This document shows positions 10,389 through 17,903 of a stretch of DNA of 31,742 nt, piece after piece. Below the pieces are notes generated by a model. The model ran no database searches. It was not told where the DNA came from and saw only the letters and a list, made by a program, of their open reading frames with translations. Both the position numbers and the translations under genes were made by a program. Source of the stretch: Candidatus Hermodarchaeum yapensis (GTDB taxonomy: Archaea > Asgardarchaeota > Hermodarchaeia > Hermodarchaeales > Hermodarchaeaceae); the NCBI GenBank assembly GCA_016840405.1, contig JAEOSK010000027.1:1-31742 (forward strand). The letters run 5' to 3'. The stretch's first letter is position 1. Every line of letters begins with the position of its first letter.

Positions 10389-10757
10389 ATGGATACTGAA
10401 ACAGAAGATTCTTCAACCGACGACGACGAAGAAGAATCCCAAGAACCTATAGATCAGCTTGCTACCATTCTTTTCGTTGTATTTGGTGGTGCACTAGGCT
10501 ACTTACTAATTGCGTCCGGTTATGGGTTATATCCATTCATTGTGGTTGAACCAGTTACCTCTCTTCTGCCCACATGGGATGCAGTAATTACCTTCATTGC
10601 ACTTCTACTCATTATGTTTCTAGGTCTAATTGGGGGATTAATTCGGATGCGCTATTCAATAGTAGTCGTGGGCGTTATCACGGTAATCGCGGTATTTGTG
10701 GTAACTTTCTATGCGATGCTAGCGATAAGCCAACTTGTGGTTCCTCTTCCACCATAA
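10389..10757 (+). CDS. Small 3-TM membrane protein with acidic N-terminus
   Basis: ATG 8 nt after the previous stop; D/E-rich first ~20 aa followed by three hydrophobic segments. Confidence 0.75.
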   Translation: MDTETEDSSTDDDEEESQEPIDQLATILFVVFGGALGYLLIASGYGLYPFIVVEPVTSLLPTWDAVITFIALLLIMFLGLIGGLIRMRYSIVVVGVITVIAVFVVTFYAMLAISQLVVPLPP

Positions 10758-10820
10758 CCTCCGAGATAAGTCTTTAAGCCTGATATACCATCGATGGATA
10801 GAACAGGAGATACACTTCTT

Positions 10821-11795
10821 ATGACCCTTCTCGAATTACTTGAAAAAGAATCTCTTCGCTTCCTTCTTTTTGGCGGAAAAGGTGGAGTCGGAAAAACCAG
10901 CAATGCTGCGGCTTCGGCTCTTTGGGCTGCAGAACATGGTCGTGAAACCCTGGTAATCAGTACTGATCCTGCACACAGTTTAGGTGACAGCTTCGACCAA
11001 AACCTTAGTGGAGGAGAAGTAATTCCCATTAAAGGAGTAAAGAATCTCTTTGGAATGGAAATTGATCCGCGAAAAGCCTTTGAGCAATATCGTGATATGA
11101 CTCAACAAGTAGATGCGGGAGAGATGGGGGGAATGATGGGACTAGAAGAATTCACTGACATGAATGCCCCCGGTTCTGATGAAGCCCTTGCATTTTCAAA
11201 GGTCCTTGAATTCATTCAAGAATGCAAATATGACCTTGTCGTTTTTGACACGGCACCCACTGGGCATACTTTGCGGTTGTTGGGATTACCCGAAATGCTA
11301 GACAGCTTTTTTGGTAAGCTCATTAAGCTCCGCCTTCGATTCAGCAACCTTTTTGGTCGTATGAAAGCCCTGTTCGGTCGTGGTGACTCGGAGCAAGATC
11401 AATCACTCCAAGAGCTTGAACGTCTCAAGGAGACGATTTCAGCCTCACGTGTTGAGCTCAGTGACCCCAACTTGACAAGCTTTGTCATTGTACTGATTCC
11501 TGAAGCGATGGCAGTATCTGAAACTGAACGTTTGTTACAAGCCCTCTATGAATTCGAAATCCCCAGCAGCCATATTATTGTTAATATGATCTTTCCTGAC
11601 ATCTCTGACTGCAGTTTTTGCCAGTCTCGAAAAGCGATGCAACTAAAGTATCTTACAACAATTCATGATGTTTATGATGATTTCACCATCACAGAGATTC
11701 CTTTATTTGCTCAAGAAATTCAAGGTGTTCCTGCGCTTAGGCGGCTTTCAACTTTGCTGGGTACAGGCGCACTTCCTGATAAAGGTGAGAAGTAA
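10821..11795 (+). CDS. get3: Get3/TRC40-type (ArsA family) ATPase
   Basis: Single ATPase domain; GGKGGVGKT, STDPAHSL, MEIDP, DTAPTGHTLRLL, ETERL, and C-terminal CSFC..R..Q.KYL zinc-dimer motif as in eukaryotic Get3. Alternative start at 10794; AGGAG at 10805-10809 favours 10821. Confidence 0.88.
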   Translation: MTLLELLEKESLRFLLFGGKGGVGKTSNAAASALWAAEHGRETLVISTDPAHSLGDSFDQNLSGGEVIPIKGVKNLFGMEIDPRKAFEQYRDMTQQVDAGEMGGMMGLEEFTDMNAPGSDEALAFSKVLEFIQECKYDLVVFDTAPTGHTLRLLGLPEMLDSFFGKLIKLRLRFSNLFGRMKALFGRGDSEQDQSLQELERLKETISASRVELSDPNLTSFVIVLIPEAMAVSETERLLQALYEFEIPSSHIIVNMIFPDISDCSFCQSRKAMQLKYLTTIHDVYDDFTITEIPLFAQEIQGVPALRRLSTLLGTGALPDKGEK

Positions 11796-11902
11796 TGAAA
11801 AAGAGTAATAGAAACTGTTTCATTGCATTGTTCTTTGCCGTCATCTTAATTGGAAGCACTATCCTTGGTTTAGTTGCCCTGAGCATTCCGCCCCTTCCAT
11901 AG
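11795..11902 (+). CDS. 35-aa single-TM microprotein (MKKSNRNCFIALFFAVILIGSTILGLVALSIPPLP)
   Basis: TAATG stop/start overlap with get3; basic N-terminus then one hydrophobic helix. Below the ORF-track size cut-off. Confidence 0.6.
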   Translation: MKKSNRNCFIALFFAVILIGSTILGLVALSIPPLP

Positions 11903-11973
11903 CCGGCAATAGAAGTGAGCAAAACTTATTAAGCGACGGAGGATGCCGTTAGCTACCGACTGATAATTTTGAG

Positions 11974-12189
11974 GTGCTCACAATAACATTTCGATGCGCA
12001 AAATGTGGTAAAACACTCTCCTGTCCGTATTGTCAAACTCCTGTTCCCTCAATGCCACCGAGTAACCGTTGTCCACATTGTGGAAAACCATTTGCCACAA
12101 CCCTACCTTCTAGTAAATGCCCATTTTGTGGCGCCAGAATAATGTACAAAGAACGCCCTCAAATCATCAAAAAATTAACCGCCAAATAA
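11974..12189 (+). CDS. rpoP: DNA-directed RNA polymerase subunit P (Rpo12) with an inserted second Zn ribbon
   Basis: FRCAKCG ... KCPFCGARIMYKERP...KKL.AK is the Rpo12/RPB12 signature; two extra CxxC motifs lie between. TATA-like CTTATTAA near 11925. Confidence 0.82.
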   Translation: MLTITFRCAKCGKTLSCPYCQTPVPSMPPSNRCPHCGKPFATTLPSSKCPFCGARIMYKERPQIIKKLTAK

Positions 12190-12302
12190 GCAGAAAGCCA
12201 ACACAAGAACGTAGGCTAGAACCTTTTCTGATAAGGTTTGGCTTAAACTTTTATAGTTCAAATACGCAACTCTCATACCACTATAATTAAACGAGGCGTA
12301 TA

Positions 12303-12611
12303 ATGTCAGAAATTTGCCCTATTTGCAGTTTGCCTAAAGAAATTTGTCGCTGCCAAGAATTGGCGAAGACAGAGCAGCGAATTAAAGTGAGCGTTGAGCG
12401 ACGAAAATGGGGACGAGAGGTCACCCTCATCGAAGGAATTAACAGCCGAGAGATATCCCTGTCCGAATTAGTCACTAAGCTGAAAATGCGATGTGCTTGT
12501 GGCGGTAGCGCTAAAGAAGGCGTCATTGTCCTTCAAGGCGATCATCGTCACAATATCAAGGGTATCTTGGGTGATTTAGGATTCCCATCCGATAACATCG
12601 ACATCGCTTAA
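12303..12611 (+). CDS. sui1: Translation initiation factor aIF1 (SUI1)
   Basis: CPICSLPKEIC, RRKWGREVTLIEG, LKMRCACGGSAK, IVLQGDHR. Confidence 0.95.
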   Translation: MSEICPICSLPKEICRCQELAKTEQRIKVSVERRKWGREVTLIEGINSREISLSELVTKLKMRCACGGSAKEGVIVLQGDHRHNIKGILGDLGFPSDNIDIA

Positions 12612-12885
12612 TGCTGCTTGTCAGAGCTAGTTCAGATAAGGTCCGACGATTCTTCTCCACGTAGTCAGCTACGTAATGTCTGAATAAAGCCCTAATGAGG
12701 TTGAATTCAAGGCAACCAGTTGTTAAGTTATGGAGCTGCGTTTCTGCTTCTAAGTCGATTTCAGTTTAAAGGCAGAGAACAGAAAGATTCGTGGAGTTAT
12801 TTAAGGTCATTTTAAAGGTTTGAATAGAAGCAAATGAAATTCTAGAGCCGTTTCATATTTTGGAAGAAAAAACTAGCGCGAAACA

Positions 12886-14132
12886 GGTGACAAATAAGTC
12901 AAAATAGGAGTAAACTGAATCTGATTCATCGAGGGTATAGGTACGAATTAAAACCAAATAATTGTCAGCGAACAATGTTGGCTAAACATGCGGGATGTGC
13001 ACGATTCGCCTATAACTGGGGATTGGAACAGCAGATTAAACGGTTGCAATCACAAAAGAGGAAAAAACAATTCACAAATGCAATTGAACAACATCGCGAA
13101 TTAGTGCGCCTGAAAAAACTGAATTTCCTTGATGTATGAAGTGTCCAAATGCGCGCCCCAGGAGGCGCTCCGCGATCTCGATAGAGCGTTTACAAACTTT
13201 TGGCGAAGAAGAAAAAAGAATCAAGTTGGTTTCCCTAAATTTAAGAAGAAAGGACGTAACGACAGCTTTCGATTATATGGGAGTATACGAGTTTTTGAAA
13301 AGGCGGTTCAGCTTCCACGTTTAGGTCGAATACGTGTGAAAGAAAAACCACAAATAAAGGGGCAGATACTCTCAGCCACAGTTTCACGAAGAGCTGATAG
13401 GTGGTTTGTCAGTTTTTGTACTGAAGAAGAGAAAATTACCTCATCACTTGCTGATGGTCCTAGGATTGGTGTAGATTTGGGTATCACGTCTTTAGCTACT
13501 CTGTCTGACGCAACTGTATTTGACAAACCTCGAGCATTAACAAAGAGGTTACGAAAACTCAAGCGCCTATCCCGGCAGTTATCATGTGAAGAAAAGGGTT
13601 CGAATAATCGTCGAAAAGCAATCCTCAGGTTAGCAAGGCTACATTGGCGCATCAGCAATATCCGATTAGATGTCATTCATAAGGTAACTAGCTATTTGGC
13701 TAAGAATCACAGCCAAATCATTATTGAAGACCTTTGTATTAGGGTCATAATGAAAAATAAACTAATCAGTCGTGCCATCGCAGATGTGGAATTATCTGAG
13801 CTTTGTCGGCAACTCGTATACAAAACAAAGTGGTACGGATTAAAATTAATTATTGCTCATCGATTTTTTCCATCATCTAAACGATGTTCACAATGTGGGA
13901 AAATTAAAGAAAGACTATCTTTGTCTGAGCGAATATTCATTTGCGAGTCATGTGGATTGCAGTTAAATCGAGACCTTAATGCTGCTAGAAATTTGGTCAC
14001 CGCCAGTTGGACGGAGACAGAAAACGCCTGCTATGAGGCGGGAGGTTACAGCTCTTCGGGGCAGTGTTCGTCGATGAAACAGGAACTGAACTTCAGCCAA
14101 ACATAAAGCGTTGAGTAAGTTTCAGGCAACGG
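12886..14132 (+). mobile_element. Non-autonomous IS607-like (IS200/IS605 superfamily) element carrying only tnpB
   Basis: TnpB motifs of the IS607-associated type; right end reads GAGTAAGTTT...AACGG; candidate left GG at 12886-12887 followed by short A-rich repeats; no tnpA. Left boundary is tentative. Confidence 0.65.
12915..14106 (+). pseudogene. tnpB: TnpB RNA-guided endonuclease, frameshifted near 13110-13132
   Basis: N-terminal frame 12915-13139 (HRGYRYELKP, HAGCARFAYNWGL, NAIEQHRELVRLKK) continues in another frame from 13132 (MYEVSKCAPQEALRDL, GVDLGI, IIIEDL, SSKRCSQCG, CESCG, RDLNAARN). Confidence 0.88.
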
Positions 14133-14152
14133 GAAAGCTTTTTGTGGGATGA
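13995..14152 (+). ncRNA. Putative TnpB omega/reRNA scaffold plus flanking guide
   Basis: Inferred from its position overlapping the tnpB 3' end and the element right end; 5' boundary approximate. Confidence 0.45.
14133..14146 (+). promoter_or_regulatory. Candidate BRE/TATA of the tRNA-His gene
   Basis: GAAAG followed by CTTTTTGT, about 45 nt upstream of the mature tRNA start. Confidence 0.4.
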
Positions 14153-14186
14153 TGTAGTTCAACCATTCTTTGTGCTGGGACACTGT

Positions 14187-14343
14187 GCCGGGATAATACT
14201 AGTTGGATAATCAACTGCATCCCGAAGGTGTAAACTGGTAATTGCCCAGGCGCAATGGTAGCATTGAAGCCTGTGGAGTCCCATTTAATGTAATGGGATA
14301 CAGAAAGCTTTAGGCCGGGGTTCGAATCCCTGTCCCGGCACCA
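14187..14343 (+). tRNA. tRNA-His(GUG) with three introns (14195-14226, 14234-14255, 14277-14305) and encoded CCA
   Basis: Exons 14187-14194, 14227-14233, 14256-14276 and 14306-14343 join to a 74-nt cloverleaf: GCCGGGA TG GTGT AATGGTA GCAT T GAAGC CTGTGGA GCTTT AGGC CGGGG TTCGAAT CCCTG TCCCGGC A CCA. Each junction lies in a BHB or relaxed BHB motif; a T5 tract follows. Confidence 0.9.
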
Positions 14344-14390
14344 TTTTTCACTATAAACGTGGATAATGAGAATTAGACAAACGAAGCGAG

Positions 14391-15884
14391 TTGACAGCTT
14401 TGAAGCGCGGAAAAGAATTAGCGGTTGGTGGATTTCGAGATTTCTATCCAGAATTATACCAAAAAATCGACCGCATATTACGAGCCTTTCGAGAAATTCC
14501 TCAACTGTTTGGTTACATTGAGTACGAATGTCCAACCGTTGAGCCTTTACAATTGTTTCAGCTGAAATCAGGAACAGAATTAGTTGAAGAGACCTTCAAA
14601 GTAACGGACCGGAAAAATCGACAATTAGTCCTGCGACCCGAAACAACGCCTTCGCTTGCACGAATGCTCGCAGCACAACAACAATACTACCCACGTCCCA
14701 TCCGCTGGTATTCAGTTTCACGCGTATTTCGTGACGAAACCCAACAGCGAGGACGCGTTAAGGAATTCTGGCAACTCAATGTCGATTTACTTGGCACTGA
14801 AGACATAGGAGCAGATGCTGAAATCATCAACGTATTAGCCGCAATTATCCAAAGCCTCGGTTTTACTGCCGAAGATTTCGTAATCCGTATCAATGACCGC
14901 CGCTTAATCCAAAGCTATATCGAATCACTGGGCCTGATTAATTATCTTGAAATAATACGTATATTGGATCGTCGCGACAAATTCTTACAAGAAGCCATCA
15001 TCAGTCAACTCACAGAAGAGGGAACACCCGCAAAGAAAGCTGAGGAAATCGCACTCACTCTACGTCATTTCTTTGTAGGAAACCAACAAGAGCGACCAAA
15101 ACTGCCCCGTTCTAAACAGATCGATGAGATCATAGAGAATCTTCCCCAAATTCAACAAAATGCAATTATCGATGCTCTTGAAAACAGTGGGATCCCAAGA
15201 GAGGTTGCAGTTCAACTTACTGATTTTTCCTCGATAAAAGGCTCTCCAGCAGAGTTTCTAAAATTAATCGAGCAAGTTGAATTAACCAATGAAACCAGAC
15301 AGGCCCTTGAACCCCTACGACAGTTAGCAACACAACTCGACGATTTGGGAATAATTGCTTGCTGTGAATATGACGCTAGTATCGCACGAGGATTGGATTA
15401 CTATACAGGCGTTGTCTTTGAAGCATGGGACCGAGGAAAAGGATTACCACGCGCAATTGCGGGTGGTGGTCGCTATGATGACCTTGTGGGAATTCTTGAA
15501 GGCCAACCATTACCCGGCACCGGATTTGGATTTGGCGAAACCGTAATTCTTGAAATTGCAGAAGAGAAGGGACTCCTCCCACCACCTAAACCAGGTGCCG
15601 ATCTCTACATCGCACCTGTTTCAAAGAAACAATTAGGCGATTGCCGCCAGATTGCCACACAACTTCGTACAGCGGGGATTCGCACTCTTTTCAATGGTTT
15701 CACTTGGTCTCTCAAAAAATACCTTGACGATGCAAGTAAGCGACAAATTCCTTATGTAGCCATTGTAGGACCCCGAGAGCTCGCAAAGGATGCAGTTAAC
15801 CTTCGTAACATGAAAACTGGAAAAGAAAAAGAAGTGAAAATTGCTAGATTAGCAGACACTATCCGAACCGCTCTAAACCAGTAA
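14391..15884 (+). CDS. hisS: Histidine--tRNA ligase
   Basis: GFRDFYP, LRPETT, motif 2 FRDETQQRGRVKEFWQ, ARGLDYYTG, AGGGRYD, GTGFGFG and a C-terminal anticodon-binding domain. Confidence 0.96.
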   Translation: MTALKRGKELAVGGFRDFYPELYQKIDRILRAFREIPQLFGYIEYECPTVEPLQLFQLKSGTELVEETFKVTDRKNRQLVLRPETTPSLARMLAAQQQYYPRPIRWYSVSRVFRDETQQRGRVKEFWQLNVDLLGTEDIGADAEIINVLAAIIQSLGFTAEDFVIRINDRRLIQSYIESLGLINYLEIIRILDRRDKFLQEAIISQLTEEGTPAKKAEEIALTLRHFFVGNQQERPKLPRSKQIDEIIENLPQIQQNAIIDALENSGIPREVAVQLTDFSSIKGSPAEFLKLIEQVELTNETRQALEPLRQLATQLDDLGIIACCEYDASIARGLDYYTGVVFEAWDRGKGLPRAIAGGGRYDDLVGILEGQPLPGTGFGFGETVILEIAEEKGLLPPPKPGADLYIAPVSKKQLGDCRQIATQLRTAGIRTLFNGFTWSLKKYLDDASKRQIPYVAIVGPRELAKDAVNLRNMKTGKEKEVKIARLADTIRTALNQ

Positions 15885-15975
15885 TTATTGAGCTAATTTT
15901 TTGCTAGGATAATTTATGGGAAGGGCTTTAATACACGTAGGATATTTTATCCTACAAAAAACCAGGCGATTCTCC

Positions 15976-16494
15976 CTGAAAAAACAACTATTAGTCGGAA
16001 CCACAATTTGCCTCATGCTCTTTTTACTAGTGTGTATTAGGGCAGATCAAGTATGCTCTTCAAACGGGACAGCTCTTTCAGCTATGGCATCGAATGTGGG
16101 ACTGACTATTGATTACGGTAACTCCTCACAAAACGTCTATTCCGACCTTTCTGGGTTAACTGTATTTGACATCCTCAATCAGACTGCAGGTGTCACGTTC
16201 ATAGAATTTGCATACGGAAAATTTGTTGTATCAATTAATGGCGTTGAAAATAATGCCAACCAAAACGGATTCTATTGGCAATACTGGGTGAACGATGAAC
16301 TTGCCCCTATAGCCGCAGATAATTATGTTCTCTCAGATGACGACCAGGTTTTGTGGAAATACTGTGCCCCAGAGGAAACGTCCACTCCGCCACCTACAGC
16401 TAATCCAGATATGGTGTTAGGAGTCGTTTTAGTTGCGTTTTTCAGTATTTTCATTATCCTCTTGGCACTATTTGTTAGTCGGCGAATGCGGTGA
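15976..16494 (+). CDS. DUF4430 / transcobalamin-like domain surface protein with C-terminal TM anchor
   Basis: TVFDILN, GKFVVSINGV, YWQYWVN, AADNYVL.DDDQVLWKY; N-terminal signal-like segment. Start uncertain (15916 ATG, 15976 CTG or 16015 ATG). Confidence 0.8.
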   Translation: MKKQLLVGTTICLMLFLLVCIRADQVCSSNGTALSAMASNVGLTIDYGNSSQNVYSDLSGLTVFDILNQTAGVTFIEFAYGKFVVSINGVENNANQNGFYWQYWVNDELAPIAADNYVLSDDDQVLWKYCAPEETSTPPPTANPDMVLGVVLVAFFSIFIILLALFVSRRMR

Positions 16495-16501
16495 AAAAAG
16501 A

Positions 16502-17215
16502 ATGCGTTCAAAAAATCCTATTATCCTAAGTTGTGTTTTCATCCTAATTTTGCTTTTAGGATCTGTTCAAAAGGTTCCAGCTCAGGATTTCGCCTACTCT
16601 CCAGCTGTAACACCTACACCATTTTACACTAAAACTGTAGAATGGCAGATTACCAATGTTACCAGTGAAGTAGTTGAGTGGGGGTTTGGTTCAGGTGCAT
16701 TTTGGCAGGCAAACGAAAATCAGCATATTGTTTTTGATATCCATCAGCTTGCTGATGCAGAGGTGCATGGGATTTTCACAATAGGAAACCTCACAATTCC
16801 TACTAATGATTCCCGTATTGCAGCCGAAATAGCATTCAGTATTTGGCCGTGGTTTCCAGGATTAATTTCACATTTGACCTGGACTACCGTTGACCAAAGA
16901 TCAACTGATGCGGCCTCAGGATTACTTGTAGGAGAATTAGAGATCCTAACGACTACAACCACGAAAAGCTACATCTACCATCAAGCAGCGCCAGGAAATC
17001 AGAATACCACACTAATTTATGATAAGCAAACAGGCATTCTCCTCGAAGGGTACACGGAATTCTTCTTCCTGAATGATTATCATCTTGGCGTTGAATATGT
17101 TGGAGTGACTCAAGTTCCAACTAGCACGACCTACTTTGGAGTTCTCCTAACAGCCATATTTGTCAGCCTAATCATTGCCTTTGTAGTTATTCGACGTCCA
17201 AGTGTAAGGAACTGA
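16502..17215 (+). CDS. Secreted/surface protein with C-terminal TM anchor, unknown function
   Basis: Signal peptide (MRSKNPIILSCVFILILLLG), beta-rich body with YDKQTGILL, TM helix and basic tail. Confidence 0.75.
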   Translation: MRSKNPIILSCVFILILLLGSVQKVPAQDFAYSPAVTPTPFYTKTVEWQITNVTSEVVEWGFGSGAFWQANENQHIVFDIHQLADAEVHGIFTIGNLTIPTNDSRIAAEIAFSIWPWFPGLISHLTWTTVDQRSTDAASGLLVGELEILTTTTTKSYIYHQAAPGNQNTTLIYDKQTGILLEGYTEFFFLNDYHLGVEYVGVTQVPTSTTYFGVLLTAIFVSLIIAFVVIRRPSVRN

Positions 17216-17217
17216 TA

Positions 17218-17841
17218 TTGTTGAACACATCAAGAAAAGACGAGATTTCCCAAACGAATAGCCTCGCCGTGAATGTAGCGCTGATAGCGATTTTAGCGGC
17301 ACTAGCCATTGGTGGGAATTATGCCCTATCCGCGATTCCTAATGTGGAATTGTCATCCGTAATGGTGTTTCTCAGCGGCTTTCTCTTTGGCCCATTGATT
17401 GGGATCTTAACTGGACTTATTGCAATGACTATTTACCAACTGTGGAACCCGTGGGGTGCATTTCTCCCTCCCATCGGTTTTGCAGTAATTGGGTGTACCG
17501 TGTTCATTGGTTTGGTAGGTGGAATACTAGGTCGAAATTTTCAGCTTTCAGCCACTAAAGGAAAAATCCCCTTACGCTGGTATCTTTGGCCTGCATTTTT
17601 TGGCGTCGTAATTACACTGTTCTACGACTTGGTTACAAACTTGGCGTACAGCATTACCTTTGTTGTTCCCTTCGTGATCGCGTTCATCACTGGATTACCT
17701 TTTATGGTCTTGCATATGGCTACCAATGGTATCCTCTTCGGATTACTTACTCCAGCGATTTCACGTATTGCTATGCAACTCAATATTGGACACCTACAAT
17801 TCAAGAGGCACGCACCTACAAAGAATAATAATGAAATCTGA
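17218..17841 (+). CDS. ECF transporter S component, possibly cobalamin-specific
   Basis: IAILAALAI, IPNVEL, GFLFGP..G, FYDLVTN, GLPF..LH..TN; about six TM helices. Confidence 0.82.
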   Translation: MLNTSRKDEISQTNSLAVNVALIAILAALAIGGNYALSAIPNVELSSVMVFLSGFLFGPLIGILTGLIAMTIYQLWNPWGAFLPPIGFAVIGCTVFIGLVGGILGRNFQLSATKGKIPLRWYLWPAFFGVVITLFYDLVTNLAYSITFVVPFVIAFITGLPFMVLHMATNGILFGLLTPAISRIAMQLNIGHLQFKRHAPTKNNNEI

Positions 17842-17903
17842 GCTACTAATGAAATAATTGCTAAAGGGGAGGTTGTCAGCTGGAAATCATTGAACTCCTG
17901 GAT

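Noticed and set aside
10821-11795. Arsenic-resistance ArsA
   Set aside because: Single-domain protein with the Get3 CxxC motif; no arsB/acr3/arsD/arsR neighbours.
12915-14106. Cas12f/CRISPR system or nuclease-dead TldR regulator
   Set aside because: No repeat-spacer array was seen anywhere in the window, and the RuvC acidic residues are intact.
14174-14180. GCTGGGA as the true 5' acceptor strand
   Set aside because: It is followed by C rather than U8, has a G-U pair, and no splice motif links it to the D-arm; treated as leader.
14198-14251. Alternative model with one 54-nt intron at 11/12 giving D-stem ATGC/GCAT
   Set aside because: It gives a cloverleaf, but the junctions form no BHB central helix; the two-intron model has proper motifs at both sites.
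14303-14311. 9-nt match (GAAAGCTTT) between the putative TnpB guide and the intron-3/exon junction
   Set aside because: Too short and AT-rich to distinguish from chance.
14122-14535. 137-aa minus-strand ORF
   Set aside because: Antisense to the tRNA gene and hisS start; its RDRDSNPG segment is simply the reverse-translated T-arm.
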